Source: Camelus dromedarius (taxonomy: Eukaryota). From it: a DNA stretch of 64,000 nt. Positions within the stretch are counted from its first letter, which is position 1. Each line of letters begins with the position of its first letter. The notes under the pieces are model-generated. The model saw only the letters and a list, made by a program, of their open reading frames with translations. It made no database searches and was not told the DNA's origin. A program made the translations under genes and the position numbers. Shown piece after piece: positions 14,091 to 27,017 of the stretch. Location of the stretch: assembly GCF_036321535.1 (NCBI RefSeq), contig NC_087447.1, positions 41,728,001-41,792,000 on the forward strand, in the 5' to 3' direction.

Positions 14091-14467
14091 TGTGTCTGTT
14101 GGGTTCTTTGAGAAGAAGATGCTGAGGTGGAGATAGGAGTGTAAGAGATGTATTGGAGAATAATGCCTGTGAAAGATTAAAGGAAACAGAATAGGGCCAG
14201 GAGAGTCTTCTCACCATGATGCAATCTGACAAAATCTTAGCCAACCCAGTAGGGAGCTCTAGAGCAGAGCTTGCTGCTTAGAGGAGTCCCTTGCTAGGCA
14301 GAAATGGCCAGATCCTAGTACCCTAGTCATGTAGTCTTTGGGGAATGCCTGGGAAGATTGTGGTTTTGGCTGAAAGCTGTGTCAGAACCTGAAGGCTCTA
14401 ACAGCTCCCTGCAAATGCATTTGAAATTCTTCTTGAAAGATCTGAGCAGCTCATCTTGGCTGCTAAT
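14091..14467. mobile_element. ERVL-class solo LTR (LTR33/LTR16-like)
   Basis: gggttctttgagaagaagatgctgag...gggagctctagagc...agaggagtccc...cagaaatggccag. Confidence 0.5.
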
Positions 14468-14976
14468 ACTCATCATCATTTTTTAAAAAGACAATTATCA
14501 TAGGTTGTTGAAAATAGTACAGATTTTTTGAGGTAAAAATTTCTTTTTGGTTAGAGGGTACACCAACAGGTTAAGGAAAAATAAATCGGTATTTTTTAGT
14601 TTAGAAACTTAAAATCAGCAGTATATATAAGATTATGAGATATTAATTACTTAGAATAAGAGCATCTGAACAATGATCTGGCAGTAGAAAGATTTTTTTT
14701 TTTTGAGGGGAGCTGTTTGGCTGCATAGTTCTTATGCTTTTAAGGTAAGGACAAAATAGCTTTTCCCGTACAGTTGTGATGAAGATTACAACATAATGCT
14801 TACCACATATGTGAAAGAAATCTTGTCAGAATATGATAAAAATGGAGAGAATTGATAGAAATGACAAGGTAACTACTTGAAAATTAAAGAACTCAATTTG
14901 TCAACATGAAACTTTTGAAGAGAAGACATGGTAGACAGAAAATGAAATCAGTATTAAAAATAAGTTTTGGTCAACT

Positions 14977-16332
14977 TGGTATTGGCACAAAAACAGACAA
15001 ATAGATCAGTGGAACAGAATAGAGAGCCAAAACCAACATATCTGTGGTCAGTTAATCTTCAACATAGGAGGCAAGAGTATACAATGGAGAAAAGACAATC
15101 TCTTCAGCAAGTGGTGTTGGCAAAGCTGGACAAATCAGTGAAGTTAGAGCAATCCCTCACACAATACATAAGTCTTTAAGTCATTTTGAGTTTATTTTTA
15201 ACTATAAGTCATGATACCCTAAAACTCCTGAAGAAAACACAGATAAAACATTCTCTGACATAAATCATAGCAATATTTTCTCAGATCAGTCTCCCAAAGA
15301 AAAGAAATAAAAGCAAAAATAAACAAATAGGACCTAATCAAATTTACAAGCTTTTGCACAACAAAGGAAACCATAAACAAAATGAAAAGACAACATATTA
15401 ACTGGGAGAAAATATTTGCAAAGTGTGACCAACAAGGGATTAGTTTCCAAACTGTACAAACAACTTACAGAACTCAAATATCAAAAAACAAAAACAAAAC
15501 AAAACAAAAAACCCAATCAAAAATGGGCAGAAGACCTAAATAGACTTTTTTTTTTTTCAGAGAAGACATGCAGATGACCAACAGACATATGAAAAGATGC
15601 TCCAGATCACTAATTATTATAGAAGTGCAAGTAAGACCCTCAAAACCACAATGAGGTATCACCTCCCACTGGTCAGAATAGCCATCATTAAGAAGTATAC
15701 AGTAACAAATGCTGGAGAAGATGTGGAGAAAAGGAAATCCTCCTACACTGTTGATGAGAATGTAAATTGGTACAGCTTCTATGGAAACCAGTATGGAGGT
15801 GCCTTAAAAACTAAAAATAGAGTTACCATATGGTCCAGAAATCCCACTCCTGGGCATACGTCCAATCCACAAAAGACAAAAACTCTAATTCAAAAAGACA
15901 CGTGCACCCCAGTGTTCATAGCAGCACTATTTACGATAGCCAAGACATGGAAGCAACCTAAACGTCCATCAACAGATGAATGGATAAAACACACACACAC
16001 ACAGAGGAATATTACTTAGCAATAAAAAAGAGTGAACTCTTGCCATTTGCAGGATAAATTAGGAGTTTGAGGTGAACAGATGCATGCTATTATATATAAA
16101 ATAGATTAAAAGGATTTACTGTATAGCACAGAGAACTATATTCAATATCTTGTAATAACCTATAATGGAAGAGAATCTGAAAAAGAACATATATATATAT
16201 ATATGTGTGTACACATATATATATATACACACACACACACGTGATTATAACTGAATCACTTTTATGTACACCTGAAACTGACACAGTATTCTTCAATATT
16301 ACTTCTTGAATATACTTCAATAAAATTAAAAA
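14977..16332 (+). mobile_element. 5'-truncated L1 (ORF2 C-terminus and 3'UTR), disrupted
   Basis: ORF2 peptides ([40 protein letters not shown]); AATAAA and A tail; TSD aaaa(a/g)taagtttt at 14956-14968 and 16330-16342. Confidence 0.9.
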
Positions 16333-16374
16333 AGTAAGTTTTAGTATGTGGCCGATTTGCTCACTTGAAAATAT

Positions 16375-16615
16375 TGGTTTAGATTCAACATATGCAAGTC
16401 AATAAATGTGATACATCATATTAATAGAATGAAAGAAGTCATTTGATTATCTCAGTAGATGCAGGAGAAAGCATTTGACAGCATACAACATCCTTTCACA
16501 ATATAAACCTTCAAGAGATTGGGTATAGGAAGGAACACACGTCTACATAGTAAAGATCATTTTTGACAAATCCACAGCTAATGTTATACTCAAGAGGGAA
16601 AAATTGAAAGTGTTT
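16375..16615 (+). mobile_element. L1 ORF2 reverse-transcriptase fragment
   Basis: Decayed FNI.KSINVIHHINR...IIS.DA.KAFD.IQHPF motif. Confidence 0.75.
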
Positions 16616-18289
16616 ATATGTTTTGGACATCTATGATAACAAATAAAGATGCATGCTATTTTAAATAGCTGTTTATTTTGTCTTTTCAAAAAATGGATTG
16701 TTCCTATTATGATTGGACCCTGACTGATACATCAATATACTATAATTTATTTAACCAATTTACCAGTGTCAGATAACCAAATGTTACGGAGGTCATTTAA
16801 ATTTTTTCACTGTTATCCAACAGTGTTGCAGTTAACAGGCTTATGTATGTTTCCTGACTATTTCTGTTGGATAAAATTTTAGGAATGGAAATTCTGGTTC
16901 AAAAGGCATGTACATTTTAAAAACTTTTGAAACATATTACCACTTGAGCTATATTAATTTTGCCAATTTACACTTCTAGTAGCAAGGTATATGAATGCTT
17001 TTCCTTCCTTTAAATCCCCTCATCAACTCTGGGTATTGTCAGTTTAACTTTTGCCAATCTGATAGGTAATAAATTGTGTCATATTTTAATTTACTACAAA
17101 TGCTTGAGTCTAGAATGATAAAATGTTCTTGGGAAGTAGTAGGAATAGCCTCCCTTGGGATAGTTAGAAGTAAACTGCACAGATTGTTATTTTAAGAAAT
17201 TCTGTGGCAGGATGAATTGAAGATTGCTTTTAATAGAATTAAAGAAATGAAAGCAAAAAAACTGCTTTCTCTCTTAAAAAAAAATAAGCAGTCATTGTCA
17301 TCTGGTTCTCCTATAGAGATAATAAAGGAAATATATACACAACAATTATTAGGAAGTAAATTTCTATTTATAATAGCACAAATACAACTTCTGTGACTCC
17401 TCTTTAGGGACAGAGCGTACTTCTTGTCCAGGATTTAGATGTTTACTCTTTTCGTAAGAACATTCTTACACTACTTAGACAACTGCTTTCTTGATAGGAA
17501 ACTGGGTTTTCAAAATGCTGCATCTACTTCAAAGAGCTTTCATTTTTCTGGCATAATTTAATATTTCAGTTAGGTTTTTCTTTCTTTATAGAAGGAGAAT
17601 GGTTTTTGTTTTTGTTAATTTAAATTGTTATATATTATCAGTAATATTCTCAAATTGGTGTATTTTAAGTTATGTTCCTGGTAAGGATTAGTTTGGAATA
17701 TTGCCAGTTAATTTTTTTAATTTATATAACTTAAAGTATTTTTCATCCTAATTCTGAGTAACACAGATTTTCAAGGACAATAAAGGAAATATTTTATACT
17801 CCCTTTATTTTTAATAAAAATTTTGCATGAACACTTATTTTTCAAGTCAGTCTTCTCACACCTCCCTACCCCCAGTATGGTAAACTAAGATGTCAAATAA
17901 ACTATTTAATGTGAAACAATATTTGAGATGAGTGAAAACTGGAGCCTGCTTTTGGTTTTCAGTTAATAAAATAAAAAAAATTATTAAGTATCCTCAATGT
18001 TCTTGTTGTATTAGCCATCAGGCATCCTGGCAAACCATGCAGATGAGGCCCCTGTTTTCATGAAGCTATAGTCCTGTAGGGGTCTCAAAGAATAAACAGT
18101 AAAGCAAAACAAAACAGAAATGCCATAATTACAATTTGCACAAATGTTTTGAAGGGAAAAATAGTGCAACATTAGCGAATAATTGGGAGACTTATTTTTG
18201 TCAAGGTGGTCAGGACAAGTACACTGAAGAGGTGACATATAAATTAACGTGTAAAGGACTAGAAGGAACTAGCCATATGTATAGCTGGA

Positions 18290-18597
18290 TGTATTAGTTC
18301 AGACTGCTATAACAAAGTACTGTAGATGGGGTGACTTATGAACAAAGAAACTGTGGGGCTTATAAACAACAGTAATTTATTTCTCATAGTTCTGGAGGCT
18401 CGGAAATCTAAGATCAAGGTGCTGGCAGATTGAGTGTCTGTTGCGGGCCTGCTTCCTGATTCGTAGACAACCACCTCCTTGCATGCAGAAGGGGCAAAGG
18501 AGCTCTCTGGGCTCTGTTTTATAACGGCACTAATTCTAATACAGTCACATTGGGGGTTAGCATTTCAACATATGAATTTGGGGGGACACAAACATAC
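18290..18597 (-). mobile_element. MaLR LTR (MLT1A-like)
   Basis: ctgctataacaaagtac...tttatttctcatagttctggaggct...catttcaacatatgaatttggggggacaca. Confidence 0.8.
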
Positions 18598-19399
18598 TAT
18601 TGTTATAAATGAGAAGTTCACCTATCTCTCTTGAAAGTATTGACTCCCCTTTAATTTAATTTGCTTTATTTTGGTCACTCCTCAGTGCCTTTAAGTAGCT
18701 ATTTTTGTATTTTGCTCACAATTGATAGTTATCTGTGGAAGAGTTGATCTAGTAGGTACTTACTCAGCCATACCTGAGGCAGAACTCTCCCTTGTTCCAT
18801 TTTGTGTGGAGAAATTCCCTTTATGATTATGCTCCCTAGTAGATACCAGCTTTTAGACATATCGTGTGCTAATTAGTTAAGAAATTGTCATTTTGAATAT
18901 TGTGTCTGTAAATTGCCTGACTCAAATAAAAGAGTCGCAGTTCCTGATCTTAAGATATAACATCCTAGGGGGGAAGACAGTCAGGTAAAGAGAAAATAGT
19001 AATATAAGTGAAAGGAGAGGGATAAACAGAGTACTCTGAATAGCATAGAGAAAGGGAACCTTAGCCTAATTTGGTGAGGAAGAGAGGAGATTTAAGACGG
19101 CTTGTGGGAGGATGTGATTTCTGTGTTGTATCTATGAGAAATAACGGTATGCCAGCTGAAGAAAAGAATAAGGGGCTTTCTAAGGAAGAAGAGAGAAGAA
19201 CGTAAATAGATATGCGGGGGCCTAAGATTGACTCTTTAGAAAAATTGCAAGTAGTTTTGGTGTAGCCAGGATTAATAGGGTGTTTATGGGGAGATGTGAA
19301 AATATGAGGCCATAGAGATTGGGCTAGAGCCAGATCATTGAGGGCCTTGAATGTCATACCAAGGACTTTGGACTTTTTAGATAGTGGGAAGCCATTGAC

Positions 19400-20695
19400 T
19401 TTTTAAAAAAATTTATTTTATTGAGTTATAGTCAGTTTATGATGTTGTGTCAATTTCCAGTGGAGAACACAATTTTTCAGCTATACATGAATGTACATAT
19501 ATTCGTTGTCATATTCTTTTTTACCGTGAGCTACCACAAGATCTTGTATACATTTCCATGTGCTATACAGTATAATCTTGTTTATCTATTCTATATATAC
19601 CTGTCAGTATCTACAGATTTCGAACTTGCAGTCTGTCCCTTCCCCACCCCACCTCCGGCAACCACAAGTTTGTATTCTATGTCTGTGAGTCTGTTTCTGT
19701 TTTATATTTATGTTCATCTGTCTTTTTCTTTTCTTTCTTTCTTTTTAGATTCCACATATGAGTGATCTCATATGGTATTTTTCTTTCTCTTTCTGGCTTA
19801 CTTCACTTAGAATGATATTCTCCAGGGACATCCATGTTGCTGCAAATGGCATTGTGTTGTCATTTTTATGGCTGAATAGTATTCCATTGTATAAATATAC
19901 CACCTCTTCTTTATCCAGTCATCTGTTGATGGACATTTAGGCTGTTTCCATGTCTTGGCTATTGTAAACAGTGCTGCTATGAACATTGGGGTGCAGGTGT
20001 CTTTCTGAAGTAGGGTTCCTTCTGGATATATGCCCAGGAGTGGGATTCCTGGGTCCTATGGTAAGTCTATTCCTAGTCTTTTGAGGAATCTCTATACTGT
20101 TTTCCACAGTGGCTGCACCAAACAGCATTCCCACCAGCAGTGTAGGAGGGTTCCATTTTGTCCACAGCCTCTCCAGCATTTGTCATTTGTGGACTTTTTT
20201 TTTTATTTGTGGACCTTTGAATGATGGCCATTCTGATTGGTGTGAGGTGATACCTCATTGTAGTTTTGATTTGTGTTTCTCTGATAATTAGTGATATTGA
20301 GCATTTTTTTCATGTGCCTGTTGATCATTTGTATTTCTTGGGCTTGCTTAAGTCTTCTGCCCATTTTTGGATTGGGTTGTTTGTTTTTTTCTTATTAAAT
20401 CATATGAGCTGCTTATATATTCTGGAGATCAAGCCTTTGTCAGTTTCATCTTTTGCAGAAATTTTCTACCTTTCCTTAGGTTGTCGTTTTGTTTTGCTTA
20501 TGGTTTCCTTTGCTGTACAAAAGCTTGTAAGTGTCATTAGGTCCCATTTGTTTATTCTTGCTTTTATTTCTATTGCTTGGGTAGACTGCCCTAGGAGAAC
20601 ATTTTTGAGATGTATGTGAGATAATGTTTTGCCTGTGTTTTCTTCTAGGAGGTTTATTGTATCTTGTCTTATGTTTAAGTCTTTGATCCATTTTG
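19400..20695 (-). mobile_element. Relatively young (probably camelid-lineage) 5'-truncated L1 inserted into L2
   Basis: ORF2 peptides ([33 protein letters not shown]); 3' end ttgagttatagtcagttta shared with copies at 45440 and 54800. Confidence 0.9.
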
Positions 20696-22479
20696 GGGAT
20701 ATCCATTTATGGGGATATGTGAAAATATGAGGCCAGAGAGATTGGGCTAGAGCTAAATCATTAAGGGCCTTGAATGTCATGCCAAGGACTTTGGACTTTA
20801 AATTATAGCTAATGGAAAGCCATTGACATTTTAAGTGTGGGTGTTATGTAATCAAATTTGCATGATAGAATGATGGTTTTGATATTAGTGTACAGAAGGA
20901 GGAGAAAAGGGAGAGAAAGATGCCAATTAAGGCAAGAAATTATAAAGGCCTAAGGAAGTGGTGGTAGAGAGAAGGGAATGAATTCAAGTGAGAATTTGGG
21001 AGTAGACACAGTGGGTCTTGGTAACAGATTTGTTGTATGTGTTGTGTTAAAGAACAAGGAGACATCTAGAATGATTGGAAGTTATTCTTCCTTTCAGAGA
21101 TTGTTGTAAAATACAGTAATATCTCTTAGGGCTCAGAGTTTTTTCCCCTCATAAATATTATTAGGAAGCAGCGGCACAGTTTGGCCTGTGGTGGAGGTAT
21201 CATTGTCTCTGACTTGTAGCAGTGAGCATTTTGTGTTCTTATAGTGGGGAAACTTTTGGCAATCCAAATTGCCAGTGATCATTTCATTTACTGTTTATTT
21301 TCTTGAGTATGTAATCACAGATCTTACTACTTATTTTTTCCCTGTCTTATATGCACTAGTTACTGTTTTATTTCTAGCTGATTGTTTTTGTTTTGTTTTT
21401 CAATCAAAATACTTAGTTAAATAAGCAGAGGTATATAAAGTAAAACAGTCCCTCTTACCTTGCCCACCTTCATTCCTGCTTCCATAAAGACAGGCCTCTT
21501 TTCAGTTGTTTTTGTTTTGTTAATGGATATATTATAGAGGAATTAGTATGTTGGACAACTGTAGACAGCATCTATTCATTCTCAAATATGAAAGATGAGG
21601 AATTTAGTAAACCTGGTAACTAATTTCTCCCTCTATGTCCTTATGTTTGTTTGCTATGTTAATATTGTTAGTCTAGAGGATTCTTCATTACTTTAAATAC
21701 TATTATGAAATTTACATTTCTTGAATTATCAAATGTATAGTGTCTGCTTTACTTACTGTGAAAGTTAAATTAGTATGCTTTCTACGTGTCTTTTGTTCCT
21801 GTATTGTTTTTGTGACTTCTTAGAATACTCATTTAGATATTAATTTATTTATGTTTAAATATTTGCTTTTTCCTAAGATGAACTCTCTTATCCCTTAGCT
21901 TTCTGCTTTTTAATCCTTTTAGAAGTTCTTAGTCTGAGCTAAGTATTCTTCTTCATTCCTTAAGTTGTTTAACTCTAATTGGACCCTATGTAATGAGGAT
22001 TACAACTGTCTCTAATGGGAAAATTGCTCATTTCCATTAGAGGAAGTAGAAGAGGAGGATGGGAGAGTCATGCTTAAGGTCTTCAAACAGCTGAAAATCT
22101 GTCATGTTAAAGAAGGAATAGACATATTCTTTGTAATTCTGGTGACATCAATTGCTGAGAATACTTGGAGAAGATTTTGACTTGGTATAAAGAAAAAGTT
22201 TTAAAATAATTTAGATATTTGCAGCAATAGAGTGAAATAATCTTTCAGCTCTTTTTTAGCATCATTTTTTCCCCTTTCCATAACTATTCACTTCAAATTT
22301 AATCTAACCTACTTTCAAGTTTCTTGTCCTCCTGGTTATCTCAATCTAATAATCCCAGCATTGAGTGATCCTCACAAGTCATTTTTTTCTCTTATGTTTT
22401 AGAATTGCTAAATCCTCCTGGAGATTATGTAACCATTTGACTTTCCCCCCTTAAAGATTTAGAGTAAGTTATTATGGAA

Positions 22480-22960
22480 GTGCAGAAAAGTGACACTTAA
22501 TCTTGGGACACAATGTATCAGGAAGTATTTCTAAAGGGAGGTGACACTTGAACTTAATGTTGCAAAATGTGTAAGAGTTAACCTGGTGATGGGAGAAAAT
22601 AATTTCTGGCAGAATGGACAGTATATTCAAAGGCAGATAGATGAGTTTGAATGGATCTGTCTTGTTTAGGCTGCTATAAATAGGTTGTTGAAACTAGAGT
22701 CTTCATAAGGATATGGTTGAGAGTTAGGTAAGGTTCAGATCATTAGGAATTTCACCATTATCCTGAATGTGATGAGAAGTCAATTAACTGGAATAACTTG
22801 CTGAACAAATGCTGGCAGCATTGAAGAAAATGATTTGGAGTGGTCAACCATGAAGTCAGGGAGAATGACTAGGAAGCTGTTGCAATAGTCCATGCAAGGA
22901 ATGAGGACCCCAAATAAAACCATTGTAGTGGATGTGGGAGAATGTTGCAGTTCAAAATCA
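22480..22960 (-). mobile_element. L2 remnant
   Basis: ggaggtgacacttgaact...ctaggaagctgttgcaatagtccatgcaagg. Confidence 0.55.
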
Positions 22961-23229
22961 TGAGATACATGGTTGTTACTAATGTAGGAGGTTCTTCATG
23001 GAAAGCCATATGATCACACAAAGAAGTTCCTACAAGATGGCATTTACCTTAGTCTGGATAGTCTGGAATCTAGTTTTCAGTAATGGAGGCTCAGGAAACT
23101 GCATAATTGATAGGGTAAAACTCACTATGTCTTTTGGAGGATATCACTTTTTAAAATGACAATAAAATGTAACTTTCAGAATGAGAGTACTTAATAGTTT
23201 TCCTACCAGTACATTCTTTCCCCATAGGC

Positions 23230-23645
23230 TACTTTGTTTCTGGACATGATTTAGATTCCACCCTTCATATATACTTTGATTTGTAACTGAACTACATGGG
23301 TTTAGAGTTGAGGGGCGGGCTAGAATTTTGCTTGCGTGAGTTGTGAGAGAGAGAGAATGGTTCTTATCAGTTTGTGGAAACAGCTTCCTAATTTAGTGAG
23401 TAGCTTTCTATTTTTTGTAGCTTGTGTAGCAGTTTCCTTGTTTGCCAGCTGCTTGCAGTGATGGTGACAGCTTTCCTGATTGTAGCTGAGGCAGAGTGGT
23501 CTGTGGGTTAGGAGTTTGTGGGATCTCACTCACTCTAGAGCCTGCCTCTCCATTTTCCCAGTGATTTTGTGAGCATCTGATTCTTGTATCTAGTCCCTTT
23601 TTGCTTAAACTACCTAGAGTGGATTCTGATCATAGACCAATACAA
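23230..23645 (+). mobile_element. ERVL 5' LTR (LTR67B-like; start approximate)
   Basis: 3' end ccctttttgcttaaactacctagagtggattctg...aataca followed by aattggtacc, the start of an ERVL internal region. Confidence 0.55.
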
Positions 23646-26600
23646 CAATTGGTACCAAAAGTGTTATAGGCAGTAGAACCTCAGGGAATATTGAATAGGT
23701 CATTGGTAATCAGTCCATACCTCGTGGTGAAAGTTAATTGTTTTCACGTGCAGTCTCCTAGAATGAAGTACCTATGGGCAAAGCTTTGGTGGATTGAGTG
23801 GTGATGTATTTTAGGAGACAAAAGATTGTAAAGATTATAGATAGATTGGCTATTTGTCTGTTTTTAACTCCACTTCAGAGTTTAAAGCAGTGGTTCTCAA
23901 GCTGGGGTGCTTTTGCCCTCTAGGGGCTGTTTGTCAATGTGTGGAAACATTTTTGGTTGTCGTAACTAGAAGAGGGTGCTACTGGCATAGAGGGTGCTAC
24001 TGGCATCTGATGGGTAGAGACTAGGGATGCTGCTTACAGGTGTGCCTCGTCTCCACCATGAAAACAGGGAGTTGTCTGGCCCAAAATGTCAACGGTGTTT
24101 GAGAAACTGATTTAAAGAAAATGGTAGGGTCAGAGTTTAAAAATCTTGGTTGAAGTTATGGTTAGAAAACTAAGCAGTTCTGTGATTACCTTAAAATAAT
24201 CTTTTACATCTTAAAACTCCAGGGCAGTCAGAACCCAAATCAGTTACAGAGTTTACTCCAGCAAGTTGTTGAACTACAGTGTAGGTTGAATCCACAGCTT
24301 AATCAGATTAGGTATAAATTGGAGCATTGATTGGGAAAGAGTGATTCTAAGAATTGGAATGGTGACACTAGGAGTGTTTGGATGCCTCCACATATTCTTA
24401 ATTTATAATTTTTATTTAACCTCCCTTTTCCCCTGACAGCAGGAACAAAACCTCTTTCCTTGACTGGTAAGAGTGGTCCTGCCTTGCTTAAAGGTACTGC
24501 AGTGACCTCACCTTGTAGAGCCGTGGCTGTTCTCATTCCCATCCCTACAACCTCATGGCCTCTAGAACTAAAGCTAGAGTTAGATCCTAGCAAGTCCAAG
24601 GGGCCAATTTCAAAATCAAAGACAAGTGTCATGCATCAAAAGAATTGCAAGAGTTTTACTAATTTATATTAGCAAAAACCTAGGAAATAGTTATGAAATA
24701 GGATGTAAAGGGTGCTCAACGAGGAAAGGAGGGATCTAATTTTAGTTTGGGCTGAATTTATTAATGTAGGCTCACCCACAAGGGATTTCAGATTTGGTGA
24801 TTGCTCAAGCAGAAAGGACTGGTTCTACCTGTCTCCTTGTTTTATTGACCTACATTGAATGAAGTTAAGATGCCAGAGTTGAGAAGTTAGGCATGTTGGG
24901 GTGGGGGGGTGAATTTACTATGTGCAGCCAGCTTTCTTCCTCTCAATTATGTCCCCTCAAGATGGATGTTCTCTACTACCTTTAAGAAAATAGAATGGTA
25001 AGGGAAATGCTAGCATCCTTAAAAAGTGCTGTAGTGGCTGTCTTCTCTGGCCTTCATATGAGTACAAGAGATGCTGCTGGAAAATGGACCCCCTGAAATC
25101 AGTGGGATCCTGGAATGGCAGAGGCTAGTAACAAATTAACCATCAGAGGCAAGATGGACAATGGTTATTATTGTAGGCACATTGGTCAAGGGATTCCTAA
25201 GACTGACCTGGATGTGCAGCTCATTGAGGTCTTATTTGATACCTGAATTTAAACAAAAAACAAAAACCAAGCCAAACAAAACACATTAGGTCTGATGAAC
25301 GTAGGATTGATTTTAGGTCACTATACTGGAATCACCTAATCCCTATACCTTTATCACTTCACTAATCTAGAAGTCCTTGGATAAAGAGGAGGCAAAGTTA
25401 CCTTCCTTTGTGGCAGGACTTTGTGGTAATATCACAAGTAGGTGCAGTTAATTTTTTTTCATAGCCTTCTCTAAAGAAAGGGACCTTTGGCTCTATGAGT
25501 GGAGCTGTACATGAGGGAAGAGAAAATACTCAAACCTTTCAGTGATTACTGGAACCTGAGCTAATTCCTGGTGACTCAGGATACTACTGTGTCCCCCCCA
25601 CAGTCTGGGAGCTTATGGAAATCAGGTATGGAATAGAGCTTTGGCTTGAAACTATTTCACAGTAGACCTAGTGGGTCTATGAATTCATCCTGTGGTTATA
25701 TCTTATTTCTTAGTGCATATTTGGGATAAATATGTTTAACAGCTGAGAGAATTTTCAAATTGGCATCCATATCCATGGATTAAGAGCTGTAATGGTAACA
25801 CAAACAAAGGAAAAGTTAAGTGTAACCCCCTGGAGCTCTCTTTCCACCAAGATAATAAACCAAAAGCAGTCTCACATCCTGAATTACAGGGATTTTTAAT
25901 GCCATATTAAAGATTTGAAAGGTTCAGGGGTGGAAAGGTTCAGGCTGCATTGAATTCTCTTGTTTTGTTTGTGTGAAAGATAGATAGATCCTGGAGAATG
26001 ATGATGTATTACCATAACCTTCCACCACTCTAGTTGTATCTGGTGTTCCATTTGTGATCTTTTCACTAGAAACAGTCCTGGCACCTGGTGATTAACTATT
26101 AATCTATCAAATGCCTTAAAATGAATGAATGAATGAATGAATGAATGCATTCAAGCAAGCAAGCAAAGATCATCAGAAATAACCAGCATGTAGCATCACT
26201 GTTTTGCCACCATATGCCTCCATGGTTTGGTCAGTGTTTCAGCTCTGTGCCATAATTTAGTCTATAGGGATTTCATTCATCTCACCATCTCAAAGTATAT
26301 CTGACTGGTCACTTATAATGATGACATAATACTGAATGACAGGACTTTAGGTAGAGAACTAGCAAGCACCCTAGATCCTTTGTAAAGACCCAGCTGATGG
26401 TAGTACATGAAGCCCACAAAATTTTTATGGATCTGACACATTAGTGACGTTTCTGAGGTGTCAGTGTCTAGGGATATGTTGGAATGTCCCTCCTGAAGTA
26501 GAGGATAAGCTACTGCATCTTATATCCCCTGATACCTAAAGGAAATACAGTAACTGGTGGATCTCTTTGAGTTTGGGATCAGGATATACTTCATTTAAGT

Positions 26601-26960
26601 GTACTGTTCCATCCCCATTACTGAGTAATCTGTAAAGCTACCCTTAGGTTGCTATGGACCTTTTGCAGGCCCTGGCAAGAGAATCACGGTGAGGGCCCCT
26701 TTTTGGCAAGCAAATATTCTGTCTTTGAAAAAGACTTCCGGCTTGTTGTTCTATCTGATAGAGAACAAATGCCCAAATACTGGATACCAGTGGCATGAGC
26801 TACCTATGCAGGAAATGCCTAGCAAGCAGCATTCCATCATCAAATAGAACTGGCTTAACGGGATTGGGCACAGTGCAGGTACTGAAAGCGCATGTATGTT
26901 GCACAAGCAAAATGCTCTTTCTGTATGATTCTCTCTATCACAGTCCCATACCCTTTGTTC
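23646..26960 (+). mobile_element. Degenerate ERVL internal region (gag-pro-pol remnants)
   Basis: Decayed gag ALIGKE(W)..NG at ~24324 and KEL..F.NLY.QK...AEFI.G at ~24640-24770; protease QTF.GLL(DTG).ELIPGD at ~25530-25580; RT SWRM at ~25990, PGTW...I.L.NA at ~26077 and Y.DDI.L at ~26314; many stops and frameshifts. Confidence 0.8.
23888..24109 (+). mobile_element. MER20 hAT-Charlie MITE nested in the ERVL
   Basis: cagtggttctcaa...tggcccaaaatgtcaa...ttgagaaactg termini; 8-bp TSD gtttaaag / atttaaag. Confidence 0.88.
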
Positions 26961-27017
26961 CTAGTTAACATGGGTTCTGTACAATGTGTTGGCATTTGTC
27001 AGATTAATGGGCAGACT

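Noticed and set aside
20466..20780. Two ORFs with nearly identical N-termini (also 19061-19357) as a duplicated gene
   Set aside because: By-product of the long target-site duplication in L2 sequence; one copy is fused by chance to L1 ORF2
24240..24900. Domesticated ERVL gag (Fv1-like restriction factor)
   Set aside because: Multiple stops and frameshifts inside the conserved motifs; no long ORF
26121..26166. (GAAT)n/(AAGC)n run in the ERVL RT region
   Set aside because: Ordinary simple-repeat expansion in dead proviral sequence
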